A DNA stretch of 64,000 nucleotides, from positions 39,304-103,303 of IMG/VR virus record IMGVR_UViG_3300045988_148533; one strand, given 5' to 3'. The notes below the pieces were generated by a model that saw only the letters and a program-made list of their open reading frames with translations, had not been told where the DNA came from and made no database searches. Each line of letters begins with the position of its first letter. Position 1 is the first letter of the stretch. Positions 1 through 8,447 of the stretch are shown here, in pieces. Both the position numbers and the translations under genes were made by a program. This DNA comes from a virus.

Positions 1-18
1 GCACAGACAGGGCTCATT

Positions 19-654
19 ATGATAAACAGGGTAAAATTTGGAAACTGCAAAGTCATTAATATTGATGGTTCATTGAATAGAACTGTTGGTGTTGGATATT
101 CACTGGAAAATGAAAGCATAGAAGGGTTCTTCAATGTCGGAGATGCAGGATTAGGTGGTCAGCTTCCGAATGGCTATGATGCTTATAAACTCACTGTAAG
201 CCCCAATCCTGGAACTGCCACAAGACAGAGCAGCTTTGCTTTTGTAACAAATAGATACAGTGGGGATAAAACATCTACGCCTCTGGCAAAACTTTATATA
301 TCAGTACGTCAGTGCGGTACGGATGAATATCTTTTGGTTTTTGATGTTTCTAAAAAGAGCAATGTAAAGGGCCTGTGGCTGTTTGCTTCATCAAGTATGC
401 CCACAGGCACACCCACATCACAGAATTATTTTATGCCTGACAATCGTATTCCAGTGGATTATGTGACTTGGCATGGAGGTTCATTTGGGAATCTAAAAGT
501 GAATGCTCTGAGCGGTTCAGCTGCTGGAACTACTGTTGCAGTTGGTTCTACTGTCTATTATAGAGTTTTATATGATGATGACAGTATGTGGGCACAGTCA
601 GTTCTAAAAAGTTTCACACTGCTTAATTCTGACCAAAAAATAACGCTGCTTTAA
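19..654 (+). CDS. hypothetical protein (only plus-strand gene; possible fibre/receptor-binding protein)
   Basis: 211-aa ATG ORF with no competing ORF. The composition is G/S/T/V-rich. It converges on the minus-strand gene ending at 659. Confidence 0.5.
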   Translation: MINRVKFGNCKVINIDGSLNRTVGVGYSLENESIEGFFNVGDAGLGGQLPNGYDAYKLTVSPNPGTATRQSSFAFVTNRYSGDKTSTPLAKLYISVRQCGTDEYLLVFDVSKKSNVKGLWLFASSSMPTGTPTSQNYFMPDNRIPVDYVTWHGGSFGNLKVNALSGSAAGTTVAVGSTVYYRVLYDDDSMWAQSVLKSFTLLNSDQKITLL

Positions 655-658
655 GCAT

Positions 659-1126
659 TCATGGAATCTGCTTTATTTTACACCGAACTGGTCCAGCTGT
701 AAAGCCGTTCACCTTTATGTAGTTAGTGTTATTGAGCACCCACACGAGAGCCATATAGAGTGCGTCTATGAAGCATATTCCGTGAATGCTTATTAATTCA
801 CTTGGGAAGTCCATGCTGCTGTTCAGGAACTCCATGTAGTCATAGGAGACTATATGCTCGGGGTATGATATATTTAGGAAGTACTGATGCTGCCTTTTAT
901 TGTACTCACCGACTATTTCCTGTGGAAGCAGTCTCAGGAGGTCATGAACGGTGAAGACAGGCTCGACGTGGAAGCTGAGCAGCGGTACAAGGTTGCTTTC
1001 ATATATGCCGATGACTGGACTGCCTCCGCTGCCTGTACGTATGTAGAGGAGAGCCTCCCTCTTGATGTCAATACCCAGAGACTTCAGCATAAGCATCTGC
1101 TCGGGCTGTAAGTACCATTTTTCCAT
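659..1126 (-). CDS. hypothetical protein
   Basis: 155-aa ORF in the co-directional minus-strand gene train. The antisense ORF 887..1111 is shorter. Confidence 0.5.
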   Translation of the reverse strand: MEKWYLQPEQMLMLKSLGIDIKREALLYIRTGSGGSPVIGIYESNLVPLLSFHVEPVFTVHDLLRLLPQEIVGEYNKRQHQYFLNISYPEHIVSYDYMEFLNSSMDFPSELISIHGICFIDALYMALVWVLNNTNYIKVNGFTAGPVRCKIKQIP

Positions 1127-1133
1127 ATTAATT

Positions 1134-1394
1134 CTATTTTACTGTAAGTGGATAGTTGTCATATATTGAAGTCCAGAATCTGCGAACGTTGGCGCATTTT
1201 GTGCCAAATGACTCCTTCACCCACAGTTCCGTTCTGAAGTACGTACCCTCCCTTACTGTCGAGTTCCACAGCCTGAGATGAATGGCTTCGGGAGTAATGA
1301 ACCCCACTTCCTTGCCATCACATATAATCTGTGCATAGGGTGTAGGCTTCGTGGAGCCGTAGCGAACCGTCGTTCTGATTATTTCCACTGTCAT
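1134..1394 (-). CDS. hypothetical protein
   Basis: 86-aa ORF with a 4-nt overlap with the upstream gene (1391). Confidence 0.45.
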   Translation of the reverse strand: MTVEIIRTTVRYGSTKPTPYAQIICDGKEVGFITPEAIHLRLWNSTVREGTYFRTELWVKESFGTKCANVRRFWTSIYDNYPLTVK

Positions 1395-2116
1395 TTCTCA
1401 AACTTCTTACGTAACTGTTCATACTGTCTGCGCTCGGCTTTCTCCTGTGCGGCTGCAATGCGAGCCGCCTCTTCCTCCTTGTATTTCAGGTATTCCTGAT
1501 GCTTCTGCGCAACATAGGAAATATGCTCCTCAGGGTGGAGGAGAAGTCTGAATGGAACCTGCACCCACTCAATGTCCTCATCAGTTTCGTAGAACAGCTT
1601 CACATCCCCACCTATGGTGCTACCCATACCCAGATACCCCTCGTAGAAGTGGATGAGGCCGACGTGGTACATCCTGTCCAGAAGCTTCTGAGCACTGTTC
1701 TCGAGCGTGCGCAGCATAGTCGCAGGCAGCATCATTTTCTCAGTAGTACTCTTCTCATTCTTATTAGCCCCATATTCAACGGTAAGAATGCTTGACTTAC
1801 GCATAATGTCCTCATAGGAATGGATGCTGTCGTCACCTGTAAACTGCTTTGTCATGCGCATCCACTCCGGATTCAGCACAAATCTGTTGATACCGTTGAG
1901 GGCTGCGACAGGATAGTAGGCAATATGTGGGTCAATGCGCTCATCATTGGGCTTTAGAATGCCAGCCCAGTGGAATGTCCACCGCTGACCCTGCCTGTCC
2001 ACTATAAGACCCCTTTTGGGCTGTGATGCTGCCACGTCCACGAGGCCACTGAACCACCGCTGAACAAAGTCCAGATGGGCGGTTACGTTGATTGGTGATT
2101 TAGGTGATATTGTCAT
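1391..2116 (-). CDS. hypothetical protein with charged coiled-coil C-terminus
   Basis: 241-aa ORF. The C-terminal tail reads KYKEEEAARIAAAQEKAERRQYEQLRKKFEK. Confidence 0.55.
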   Translation of the reverse strand: MTISPKSPINVTAHLDFVQRWFSGLVDVAASQPKRGLIVDRQGQRWTFHWAGILKPNDERIDPHIAYYPVAALNGINRFVLNPEWMRMTKQFTGDDSIHSYEDIMRKSSILTVEYGANKNEKSTTEKMMLPATMLRTLENSAQKLLDRMYHVGLIHFYEGYLGMGSTIGGDVKLFYETDEDIEWVQVPFRLLLHPEEHISYVAQKHQEYLKYKEEEAARIAAAQEKAERRQYEQLRKKFEK

Positions 2117-2117
2117 T

Positions 2118-2372
2118 TTAGTACATTCTACTTGATATTGATAATAAATCGCTCATTTCATCGGTATTGGAAACAAAATCAACCGTTTCCCAAAGCACCG
2201 TTCCCTTGACGAATTTCCTGAGTGTAGCATTAACTTTATCAGTTAATTTCACGTCAAAAATGTCATTCTTGGAAATTACGATGGTTCTGCCTGACGGTGA
2301 CTTTACCTTTAGACAGGCTTTTTCCAGACTGTCCATCCAGCGGTTTTCTACTTTTAGTGTAACTGTTCTCAT
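2118..2372 (-). CDS. hypothetical protein (start trimmed to MRTVTLK)
   Basis: The track ORF 2118..2474 runs through a promoter cassette. The ATG at 2370-2372 sits 25 nt downstream of the TATATTTG box. Confidence 0.5.
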   Translation of the reverse strand: MRTVTLKVENRWMDSLEKACLKVKSPSGRTIVISKNDIFDVKLTDKVNATLRKFVKGTVLWETVDFVSNTDEMSDLLSISSRMY

Positions 2373-2397
2373 GACCTTGCGTGTTTTGTTTACGCTG

Positions 2398-2450
2398 CAA
2401 ATATACGCACATTTCCGGAATATCCATGAACAGTTACTGAGAATTTTCAA
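2398..2450 (-). promoter_or_regulatory. degenerate copy of the phage promoter cassette (-7 box TATATTTG + GCAGCGTAAACAAAAC leader)
   Basis: The minus strand reads TATATTTGCAGCGTAAACAAAACACG followed by ATG. The upstream half (TTTGAAAATTCTCAG) only partly matches the cassette. Confidence 0.5.
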
Positions 2451-2614
2451 ATAGGAGGCTGTCAATGGCGTCATGTGCGGCTTGCAGTTCCTTGTCAGTC
2501 ATACCCTTAGCAAGGCGCACTCCGGAGGATTGGCCGCACAGTCCAGCAGATAGCGGTACATTCTACCGAGGCCGTCCACCACTTTTCTGTCAAGTTGCTC
2601 TCTTTCCTCCTTTG

Positions 2615-2827
2615 TCACAGCACACCTCCTATCATCTGCGCAACACTCTCCAGCGTCTGTTCTATCTGCATTGCAATATCCCACAAAGAGGGTATATCCA
2701 CTGCCTCCGCAATGCTGTCAACAGCATCAATGACCTCGGGATACTGCGCGTCAAAGGCAGCATCGGCCTGCGCGAATGCCTCCGAGAATCTGTTTACATT
2801 CTCCTCAATCATATCACTTTCCTCCAT
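2615..2827 (-). CDS. small highly acidic protein
   Basis: 70-aa ORF with about 17 D/E residues and a single R, and a helical-looking sequence. It overlaps the upstream gene end by 19 nt. Confidence 0.4.
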   Translation of the reverse strand: MEESDMIEENVNRFSEAFAQADAAFDAQYPEVIDAVDSIAEAVDIPSLWDIAMQIEQTLESVAQMIGGVL

Positions 2828-3285
2828 TTAAGAATCCCCAGTACGACAAGCAGTACCACCGCTCCGAGCAGTATGTACCCTCCATTCATCATTGCTTTCT
2901 GCCAGCCGTTCAGCTGTTTCTCCACCTCCACGGTGTCAACATGGTTGACGTAGATGGTGGTGTCGCGGTACTCCACTCTGTCCTTGTACACAATTTCTAC
3001 TTCCGGCTTGTAGGAGGGGTTGGAATACAGCGTATGCGTCAACTTTCCGTTGCTCACCGTAGCCGTGGAAGTGGCTGCACGTATGGTGAGAGTTGAGGTG
3101 GTGTCCGTGGTGACTGTTGAGGTTGAGTCCTGAGGTAGGGTTATCCTCACGGTGTCCCTCACGAGCTTTTCAACTATCTTCGTTTTGATGACCGTGACAG
3201 TATCCCTCTGCACAGGTATGATTTTCGGCGAGCAGCCCCACAGTAGAGCTGCTGCAATGATGATGGTAGTGATTGATTTTTTCAT
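2809..3285 (-). CDS. unimolecular spanin candidate (N-terminal lipoprotein signal + C-terminal TM)
   Basis: - N-terminus MKKSITTIIIAAALLWGC carries an LWGC lipobox.
- The middle is T/V-rich and looks like beta-strand.
- The C-terminal TM is GGYILLGAVVLLVVLGILKW, followed by RKVI.
- The start overlaps the upstream stop by 4 nt. Confidence 0.5.
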   Translation of the reverse strand: MKKSITTIIIAAALLWGCSPKIIPVQRDTVTVIKTKIVEKLVRDTVRITLPQDSTSTVTTDTTSTLTIRAATSTATVSNGKLTHTLYSNPSYKPEVEIVYKDRVEYRDTTIYVNHVDTVEVEKQLNGWQKAMMNGGYILLGAVVLLVVLGILKWRKVI

Positions 3286-3689
3286 GTCTTTCTATTCTTA
3301 TTATTTCGATTAATAGAGGCAAGTCTGTCGGCCCACTTTTCCGTATAAAAATGGTAGTACCCCTCAGAATGTCTGTCACAGCAGCCTATGACTCCGTTCA
3401 GCCATGCGTGAATGAGCGACGGCAGGCCTATCACAGGCAGATACAGAGGACCGAGGTAGCGACTCTGGAGCACGTGCCCGAACTCATGCCTTACCGTAAG
3501 ATTCTGCTTTGTTCCCACTATAATGTATTCTCCGAGGGTTATGCCTCCCGGAAATGTCCTTAGGAAGTAGAATCGTATGCTGCCGAGTCGGTGTCGCGTC
3601 TCACCCTGAAGTACAAGCAGCATGACAAGGGCCATAAGGTTCTGAGGGAGCTGCCATATCCACAGCATAACTGTCTTAAATGTGTTCAT
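3282..3689 (-). CDS. membrane-associated zincin-like protein (HExxH)
   Basis: N-terminal hydrophobic helix LMALVMLLVLQG and an HEFGH motif. Confidence 0.5.
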   Translation of the reverse strand: MNTFKTVMLWIWQLPQNLMALVMLLVLQGETRHRLGSIRFYFLRTFPGGITLGEYIIVGTKQNLTVRHEFGHVLQSRYLGPLYLPVIGLPSLIHAWLNGVIGCCDRHSEGYYHFYTEKWADRLASINRNNKNRKT

Positions 3690-3709
3690 TTTAGCGTCTT
3701 ATTAGAAAG

Positions 3710-3753
3710 AACGGCACTCCTGCGATATAAGTACATCGGTGGGGAGTGCCGTT
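3710..3753 (-). terminator. stem-loop downstream of 3771..4955 (11-bp perfect stem, 22-nt loop)
   Basis: AACGGCACTCC at 3710-3720 pairs with GGAGTGCCGTT at 3743-3753. The minus-sense hairpin is followed by CTTTCTAATAAG. Confidence 0.4.
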
Positions 3754-3770
3754 CCAGATTATGAATGATT

Positions 3771-4955
3771 TTACAGGATTATCGGAATATCCAGAATAGC
3801 CCCTGTCTCCTTGGAGACCTTGATGACATCCACCTCGTCGAACTGTATGCGGTGGATGTAGCTGCCGAGCAGCTTCGCAACCATTCTGGGGGTGTAGAAG
3901 TCTCTCTCGATGAGGTACGGTGACACGGCCACGAGCTGAGGCATGGACTGCTGCCTTCTACCGTCTGACCCGACGATGGTGTAGGTGTAGGTGACGGTAT
4001 AGTAGTATCTGTTTCTGAATGTATGCACGGTGTCATTGAAGTCCATGTCTCCGAAGATGGCCATGGGGGCCTCATTGTATCTGTCCACCGAGAACGCCAG
4101 TCTGGCGTCAGGCATACAGCCCTGCACACAGGCTGAGATGATGCGCCAGCGACTCTTCTCATCACCGAAGGGACGGAAGAACGGCAGATTGCACTCGTTC
4201 TCGAACCATGCCATTAGGGAAACTTCGTCCTCGCTGTCAGCCACAAATACCTCATCCGGAATGTACACGGTATTGTAGAACACGCTGCGAGCCGTCTTCT
4301 CCCCTGTCCTGTCCACCACACCCATAATCTTGACAGGTATCATAATGGGGTCATCAGCACCCCTGAATTCCTTAGTGCTGCCATCATCATCGTCCTCATC
4401 AGCATGGACGTCAGGTGCATCCTTCTCCACGTCCTTTTCAGGCTCTGGAGATGGAGCGGTGGCGTAGGGATTGTCCTCCCACAGGCGAATGTCATTCTCA
4501 GGGTCAGAGGGGTCTGTCAGCACACTGCCGTCTGACAGCATCACGTCCCACCCCTCTCCGGTGGCCACGGCAGGAACCCACTGTACATCCTTACAGAGGT
4601 TAGCCTTATCATTCACCAGCTTCAGACGTACCCACACCTTCTGATTCCTGGTGAGTCCGACAGGCTTCTCGTCCTTCTTAGGAGCCTGATTCACCGTCAC
4701 GATGACACGGCCTCGGCCGTCCACCTCACCCTGACATTCACAGTCTGTGAGGCTCCAGTCCTCAGCCTCCTTCTCACCTATTTTCTCGGCAAGAGACTTC
4801 TTCATAAGCCTGCACAGTGCGTCGTTCAGGACGTACTGCTCGTGAGACTCCGCCACAATGTTCATTCCAATTTCGGTGCGACCCTGAGCATCAGGCGTAG
4901 CACGCTTGAACGTCGCACGGTACATAAATTTCTTCATTTTGTTATTCTTCTTCAT
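3771..4955 (-). CDS. hypothetical protein with central acidic tract
   Basis: 394-aa ORF containing HADEDDDDGS. The alternative-frame ORF 3779..4165 is nested inside it and was rejected. Confidence 0.6.
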   Translation of the reverse strand: MKKNNKMKKFMYRATFKRATPDAQGRTEIGMNIVAESHEQYVLNDALCRLMKKSLAEKIGEKEAEDWSLTDCECQGEVDGRGRVIVTVNQAPKKDEKPVGLTRNQKVWVRLKLVNDKANLCKDVQWVPAVATGEGWDVMLSDGSVLTDPSDPENDIRLWEDNPYATAPSPEPEKDVEKDAPDVHADEDDDDGSTKEFRGADDPIMIPVKIMGVVDRTGEKTARSVFYNTVYIPDEVFVADSEDEVSLMAWFENECNLPFFRPFGDEKSRWRIISACVQGCMPDARLAFSVDRYNEAPMAIFGDMDFNDTVHTFRNRYYYTVTYTYTIVGSDGRRQQSMPQLVAVSPYLIERDFYTPRMVAKLLGSYIHRIQFDEVDVIKVSKETGAILDIPIIL

Positions 4956-5108
4956 CTTTCTGTTGTTTTCTACTGTTATTAACTGTAATTTCGTAGGAGG
5001 GTCTGACAGGCAGACTGCACGTGCCTACAAAGCCCACCTCGTGAGCCGTCACCGATACATTATAGGCAGGAAGCCACGGTGGAGGGCAGCTGTAATTGGA
5101 TTCCGCTC

Positions 5109-5498
5109 TCATAGTTCAATCGTGTACACTGGACGCTCATAGTAGCTTATCTTGCCTGTCACAAGCTTCTCCGTTGCAGGGTCAACCGTCTTGAACAGCA
5201 GCGGATGCTCCTGCTCGATGTGCTTCAGCCGTTCGTAGTACAGCTCGAGAGCGTTTAGGAGGGTCACGGTGGCCATCTGGCCCATCTCAGCCTCCTTTCT
5301 GGTGGTGTATGGGCGACTGTGGAGGTAGTGCTTAGTGCCGTCCGCACTTTGCACCACCACAAAGTAGCAGAATTCCTTTCTACTGTCCTCCTCACGAACG
5401 TCACTCACCTCGGTGATGTCCTGCAGACGCAGTGCTCGTGTTGCAAACTCATGCACACCGCTGTTCACTCCTGTTGAATATCTTACATATACAAGCAT
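5109..5498 (-). CDS. hypothetical protein
   Basis: 129-aa ORF in the gene train. Confidence 0.5.
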   Translation of the reverse strand: MLVYVRYSTGVNSGVHEFATRALRLQDITEVSDVREEDSRKEFCYFVVVQSADGTKHYLHSRPYTTRKEAEMGQMATVTLLNALELYYERLKHIEQEHPLLFKTVDPATEKLVTGKISYYERPVYTIEL

Positions 5499-5505
5499 AG
5501 TCTCG

Positions 5506-5868
5506 TCATTTTATTCTGTTTATAGTATGTGTCGCCGGAAGATACCGCCAGTCACCCATGTCACCGTGGAACTGATACACCGTCATGGGGTACTGACGCA
5601 TGATGCGTATCACTCTGACTGTTCTACTGTCAGGCTCTCTTACGTACAGAGTGGCGTAGGAGGCCACGTCCCACTCCGGAGACCACACCACGCTGACGTC
5701 ACACCCCATCCACCTGAGGAAGCACACCCACGTAACGACTTCCAGCCACCGCTCGTAGGTGTCACTGAGGAGGGCCTGAGCGTGTGCCTGTGAGGCCCTG
5801 AAGACCCACAGGACACGCCTCAGCGCACCGACTCTGTACTGTGTTCTACTCACCCTTTTCATTCTCAC
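5506..5868 (-). CDS. hypothetical protein
   Basis: 120-aa ORF that fills the gap between neighbours, with a 23-nt overlap with 5846..6625. It is R/W-rich, so the coding status is less certain. Confidence 0.35.
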   Translation of the reverse strand: MRMKRVSRTQYRVGALRRVLWVFRASQAHAQALLSDTYERWLEVVTWVCFLRWMGCDVSVVWSPEWDVASYATLYVREPDSRTVRVIRIMRQYPMTVYQFHGDMGDWRYLPATHTINRIK

Positions 5869-6625
5869 CGTCCTTATTGTTCTCCTTCACAGGCTCTATC
5901 GTTATACCGCTGTGAGGAATCACAGCATCAGAGGGTCTCCAGTGCATTGCCACCGGAGCGAACAGCAGCATTCCTGTCTGCTTATTAAGCTCCTCCACTC
6001 GGGTATTGGCCTGCTCCAGACTGAGATTCACGAGCTTCTTACGGTCACTCCGTCCCTCGGCCGTCTTCAGGGTGGTGGTGTTCACCACTCGGTAGCGTGG
6101 AGTGGGAATGAGTGCATCGTAGAATTCCTCCGGTGTGGCGTAGGGAATGTCGAGTGCCTTGGCCGCCTGACGACCGTCACCGTTGGCTCCTATGTACAGG
6201 CAGTCGTCGAGGGTGATGGGCTTCGCCTCATTTTCCTGACTGAACCGAGCCACACAGTCCCTTAGGATGCCCTCCAGCATGGCCGTTCCGGGGAAGTGTC
6301 TGTCCTTAATCTCGTCGTTGGAGGGGCTGTACTGTCCTCCGACCCACACGTTGCTACCCACGGTCTCCTGCACGCAGGCGATAATCCATCCGAGCTGTCC
6401 TCCGAACAGATTCTGCTCGTAGGAGGGCTGCCAATATGGAACATTGTCCACTATCATGATGGCGTTGGGGTGTAGTTCCTTGAGGCGGTTCATGAACTTG
6501 ATGTTCATCCTAATGTCCCACAGGGGGCGAGGTGCGAATACCTCCCCACCGTCCAGAGAGGTACACAGTGCCCTGATGTCCACGAAGACCCAGTGGCGAT
6601 TGATGTAGTCCTTTGCTGTTATCAT
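5846..6625 (-). CDS. PNKP/GmhB-type HAD-phosphatase-like protein with degenerate nucleophile motif
   Basis: The C-terminal block CLYIGANGDGRQAAKALDIPYATPEEF resembles the last HAD motif of PNKP-type phosphatases. The N-terminal FVDIRALCTSLDGG lacks a clean DxDxT. Confidence 0.35.
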   Translation of the reverse strand: MITAKDYINRHWVFVDIRALCTSLDGGEVFAPRPLWDIRMNIKFMNRLKELHPNAIMIVDNVPYWQPSYEQNLFGGQLGWIIACVQETVGSNVWVGGQYSPSNDEIKDRHFPGTAMLEGILRDCVARFSQENEAKPITLDDCLYIGANGDGRQAAKALDIPYATPEEFYDALIPTPRYRVVNTTTLKTAEGRSDRKKLVNLSLEQANTRVEELNKQTGMLLFAPVAMHWRPSDAVIPHSGITIEPVKENNKDGENEKGE

Positions 6626-6629
6626 ATTA

Positions 6630-6923
6630 TTATTTCGTTTGGTTATTGTTTGCCGTAGTAACGCATCTGTCCCTCAGTGTCACGACTGTGGTGGCATACC
6701 AGAAGTTCCAAGCACCGTCTGGAATTCCTCCTGGAATGCGGTTGCTTAGAGCATCCCACTTGCGACGTACCTCTCTCACAGCGTTGCTGAAGTCCCGAGG
6801 CGTCATGTGCTTCCTGAGGCGTAGGGTGAGTTCTTCCGTGAACACGGACAGCAGATGCTTCTGTCCTCTGGGGTTGTACCCCTGCTGCCAGCCGTACTGA
6901 GCGACTATTTCCTTTGTTGTCAT
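6630..6923 (-). CDS. hypothetical protein (start trimmed to MTTKEIV)
   Basis: The internal ATG at 6921-6923 removes the overlap with the upstream gene, which ends at 6947. Confidence 0.45.
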   Translation of the reverse strand: MTTKEIVAQYGWQQGYNPRGQKHLLSVFTEELTLRLRKHMTPRDFSNAVREVRRKWDALSNRIPGGIPDGAWNFWYATTVVTLRDRCVTTANNNQTK

Positions 6924-6946
6924 ATCTCTGTTGGATTTTGGAATAA

Positions 6947-7291
6947 CTAACGTATGTAGGAGAGTCCGTCTCTGCGCAGAGCAGCCTCGAGAGGCATGGG
7001 GTCGAAATAGCGGTCTCTCTCCACAGGCAGACCCCACGGCCCACGCAGGGCCTCCAGCTCCCTGAGACCGAAGTAGCCGTATTCAAAGTCTCTGCCGTTG
7101 AACACGAGGCCGAAGAATCTCCATTCACCGCTTGGGAGTCTATTGCCCTCGGTGACGTACCACGTATAGGAGCTGTCAGGGGTGAAGTACTTCACGACAG
7201 CCGTGGCCTCTCCACCCTTGCCGTCCTGACTGTACAGGGGGAACCCTGCAAGTACCCTCTCTATCTTCTTTGTCATCAGCTTCATTGCCAT
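6947..7291 (-). CDS. DUF2958-like protein
   Basis: The pattern LYSQDGKGGEATAVVKYFTPDSSYTWYVTEG ... GYFGLRELE ... VERDRYFDP is recalled from the DUF2958 family. Confidence 0.55.
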   Translation of the reverse strand: MAMKLMTKKIERVLAGFPLYSQDGKGGEATAVVKYFTPDSSYTWYVTEGNRLPSGEWRFFGLVFNGRDFEYGYFGLRELEALRGPWGLPVERDRYFDPMPLEAALRRDGLSYIR

Positions 7292-7303
7292 AGTCGTACC
7301 CTC

Positions 7304-7564
7304 CTATAGATTATTGGTTACATACACCGTGTCATTGTGACGTGTATAATTAATGATGTTTCTTGCAGGAACCACCGTGTTGGTGGCGGTGTCCACGTCA
7401 AAGGTGGAGATTGTTACGGTGTCACCGCTTTCACTTAGGAGTCTCTCCATATTTGCCTGAATGTAGGCTTCGCACTGACCGATGAGGCCTGTAAATACAT
7501 TGCTGCCTGTTGCGTCAAATACGCCGAAGAATGCTGTGTTGACTGTTTTCATGACCATTAACAT
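7304..7564 (-). CDS. hypothetical protein
   Basis: 86-aa ORF whose ATG lies 15 nt downstream of a cassette -7 box. Confidence 0.5.
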   Translation of the reverse strand: MLMVMKTVNTAFFGVFDATGSNVFTGLIGQCEAYIQANMERLLSESGDTVTISTFDVDTATNTVVPARNIINYTRHNDTVYVTNNL

Positions 7565-7567
7565 TTT

Positions 7568-7629
7568 GTTTTACGGGTGCAAATATAGGGTGAATTGAGG
7601 AATCTACCAAGAAAAATCCTGAAAAAATC
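7568..7629 (-). promoter_or_regulatory. phage promoter cassette copy
   Basis: The minus strand reads GATTTTTTCAGGATTTTTCTTGG-N19-TATATTTGCACCCGTAAAACAAA followed by ATG. Confidence 0.7.
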
Positions 7630-8069
7630 AGCGTCCCAACCGCAAATCCCTTCGTATCTGTGACGTGGGAGGGTCAGGACGCCTCATTAATTTTTAACCC
7701 TATATTATGGAACTGAATGCAGTAACGGTGTCAGGGCAGTATATTCAGAGTCCCCTCATACGTATGGACTACCGTTATGAGAGGACTCCTACTGTGCGGA
7801 GGTGTTGCTACCGCAATGGACATAATGAGTGCATGATGTCACATCTGGAAGGAAGCACTGCCTGTTCTTCACATTTTCCAGCGTTGACTCTGGAGGGCCT
7901 GTGCCCTCGGGTCCGCTGCTGCTCTCCTACCCCTGAGCGTCATGCAGGGTATTAACAGGCGTCACGCATGGTGCATCAGAATAGGAGGCAGTGCATCATC
8001 ACGACGAACTGCCTCCAGATGAATAAAAACAAGACCGATTGTTATAACAAAGTGGTATATAAACGAGGA

Positions 8070-8099
8070 GTCCCGGATGTCATCACGACAGCTCGGGAC
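8070..8099 (-). terminator. stem-loop 37 nt downstream of the HU gene
   Basis: GTCCCG at 8070-8075 pairs with CGGGAC at 8094-8099 around an 18-nt loop. In minus sense it is followed by TCCTCGTTTATATA. Confidence 0.4.
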
Positions 8100-8135
8100 C
8101 CCATGCACAATACAGCACAAAGATGCCTGTGTGTA

Positions 8136-8447
8136 TTAACGCTTCTTGGCGGTCTTCTTCCCCTTGGCCTCAACCTTGGGCTCCTCCTTCACCTTGTAGG
8201 TACGGCTGGACTTGAAGACGAGCCGACGTGTCTCACCGGACATGAACTTCTCCCCTGTCTGAGGGTTCAGCACCTGCCGAGGAGGTGTCACTTTCAACTT
8301 GAACTTTCCGATAGGAGTGAGCACTTCCTCACCGCCCATCACCACATCGGGAATTACCTCGAAAATACCGTTCAGAATCTCCTCCACGTCCACTTGGGTA
8401 CGCTCCAGTTTTGTGGCCACTGCTGCCACGAGTTCACTTTTTCTCAT
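8136..8447 (-). CDS. hup: HU/IHF-family DNA-binding protein
   Basis: N-terminus MRKSELVAAVA and an arm region with NPQTGE; the protein is 103 aa. Confidence 0.85.
   Translation of the reverse strand: MRKSELVAAVATKLERTQVDVEEILNGIFEVIPDVVMGGEEVLTPIGKFKLKVTPPRQVLNPQTGEKFMSGETRRLVFKSSRTYKVKEEPKVEAKGKKTAKKR

Noticed and set aside
3779-4165. A 128-aa alternative-frame ORF nested in 3771..4955.
   Set aside because: It is on the same strand but in a different frame, and it is proline/serine/arginine/tryptophan-rich. It looks like a by-product of GC-rich codon usage in the real gene.
6643-7128. A 161-aa ORF, and the N-terminal extension of 6630..7037.
   Set aside because: Both overlap the DUF2958-like gene in other frames. 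The R/S/C-rich sequences look non-coding, and trimming to the ATG at 6923 gives a clean non-overlapping gene.
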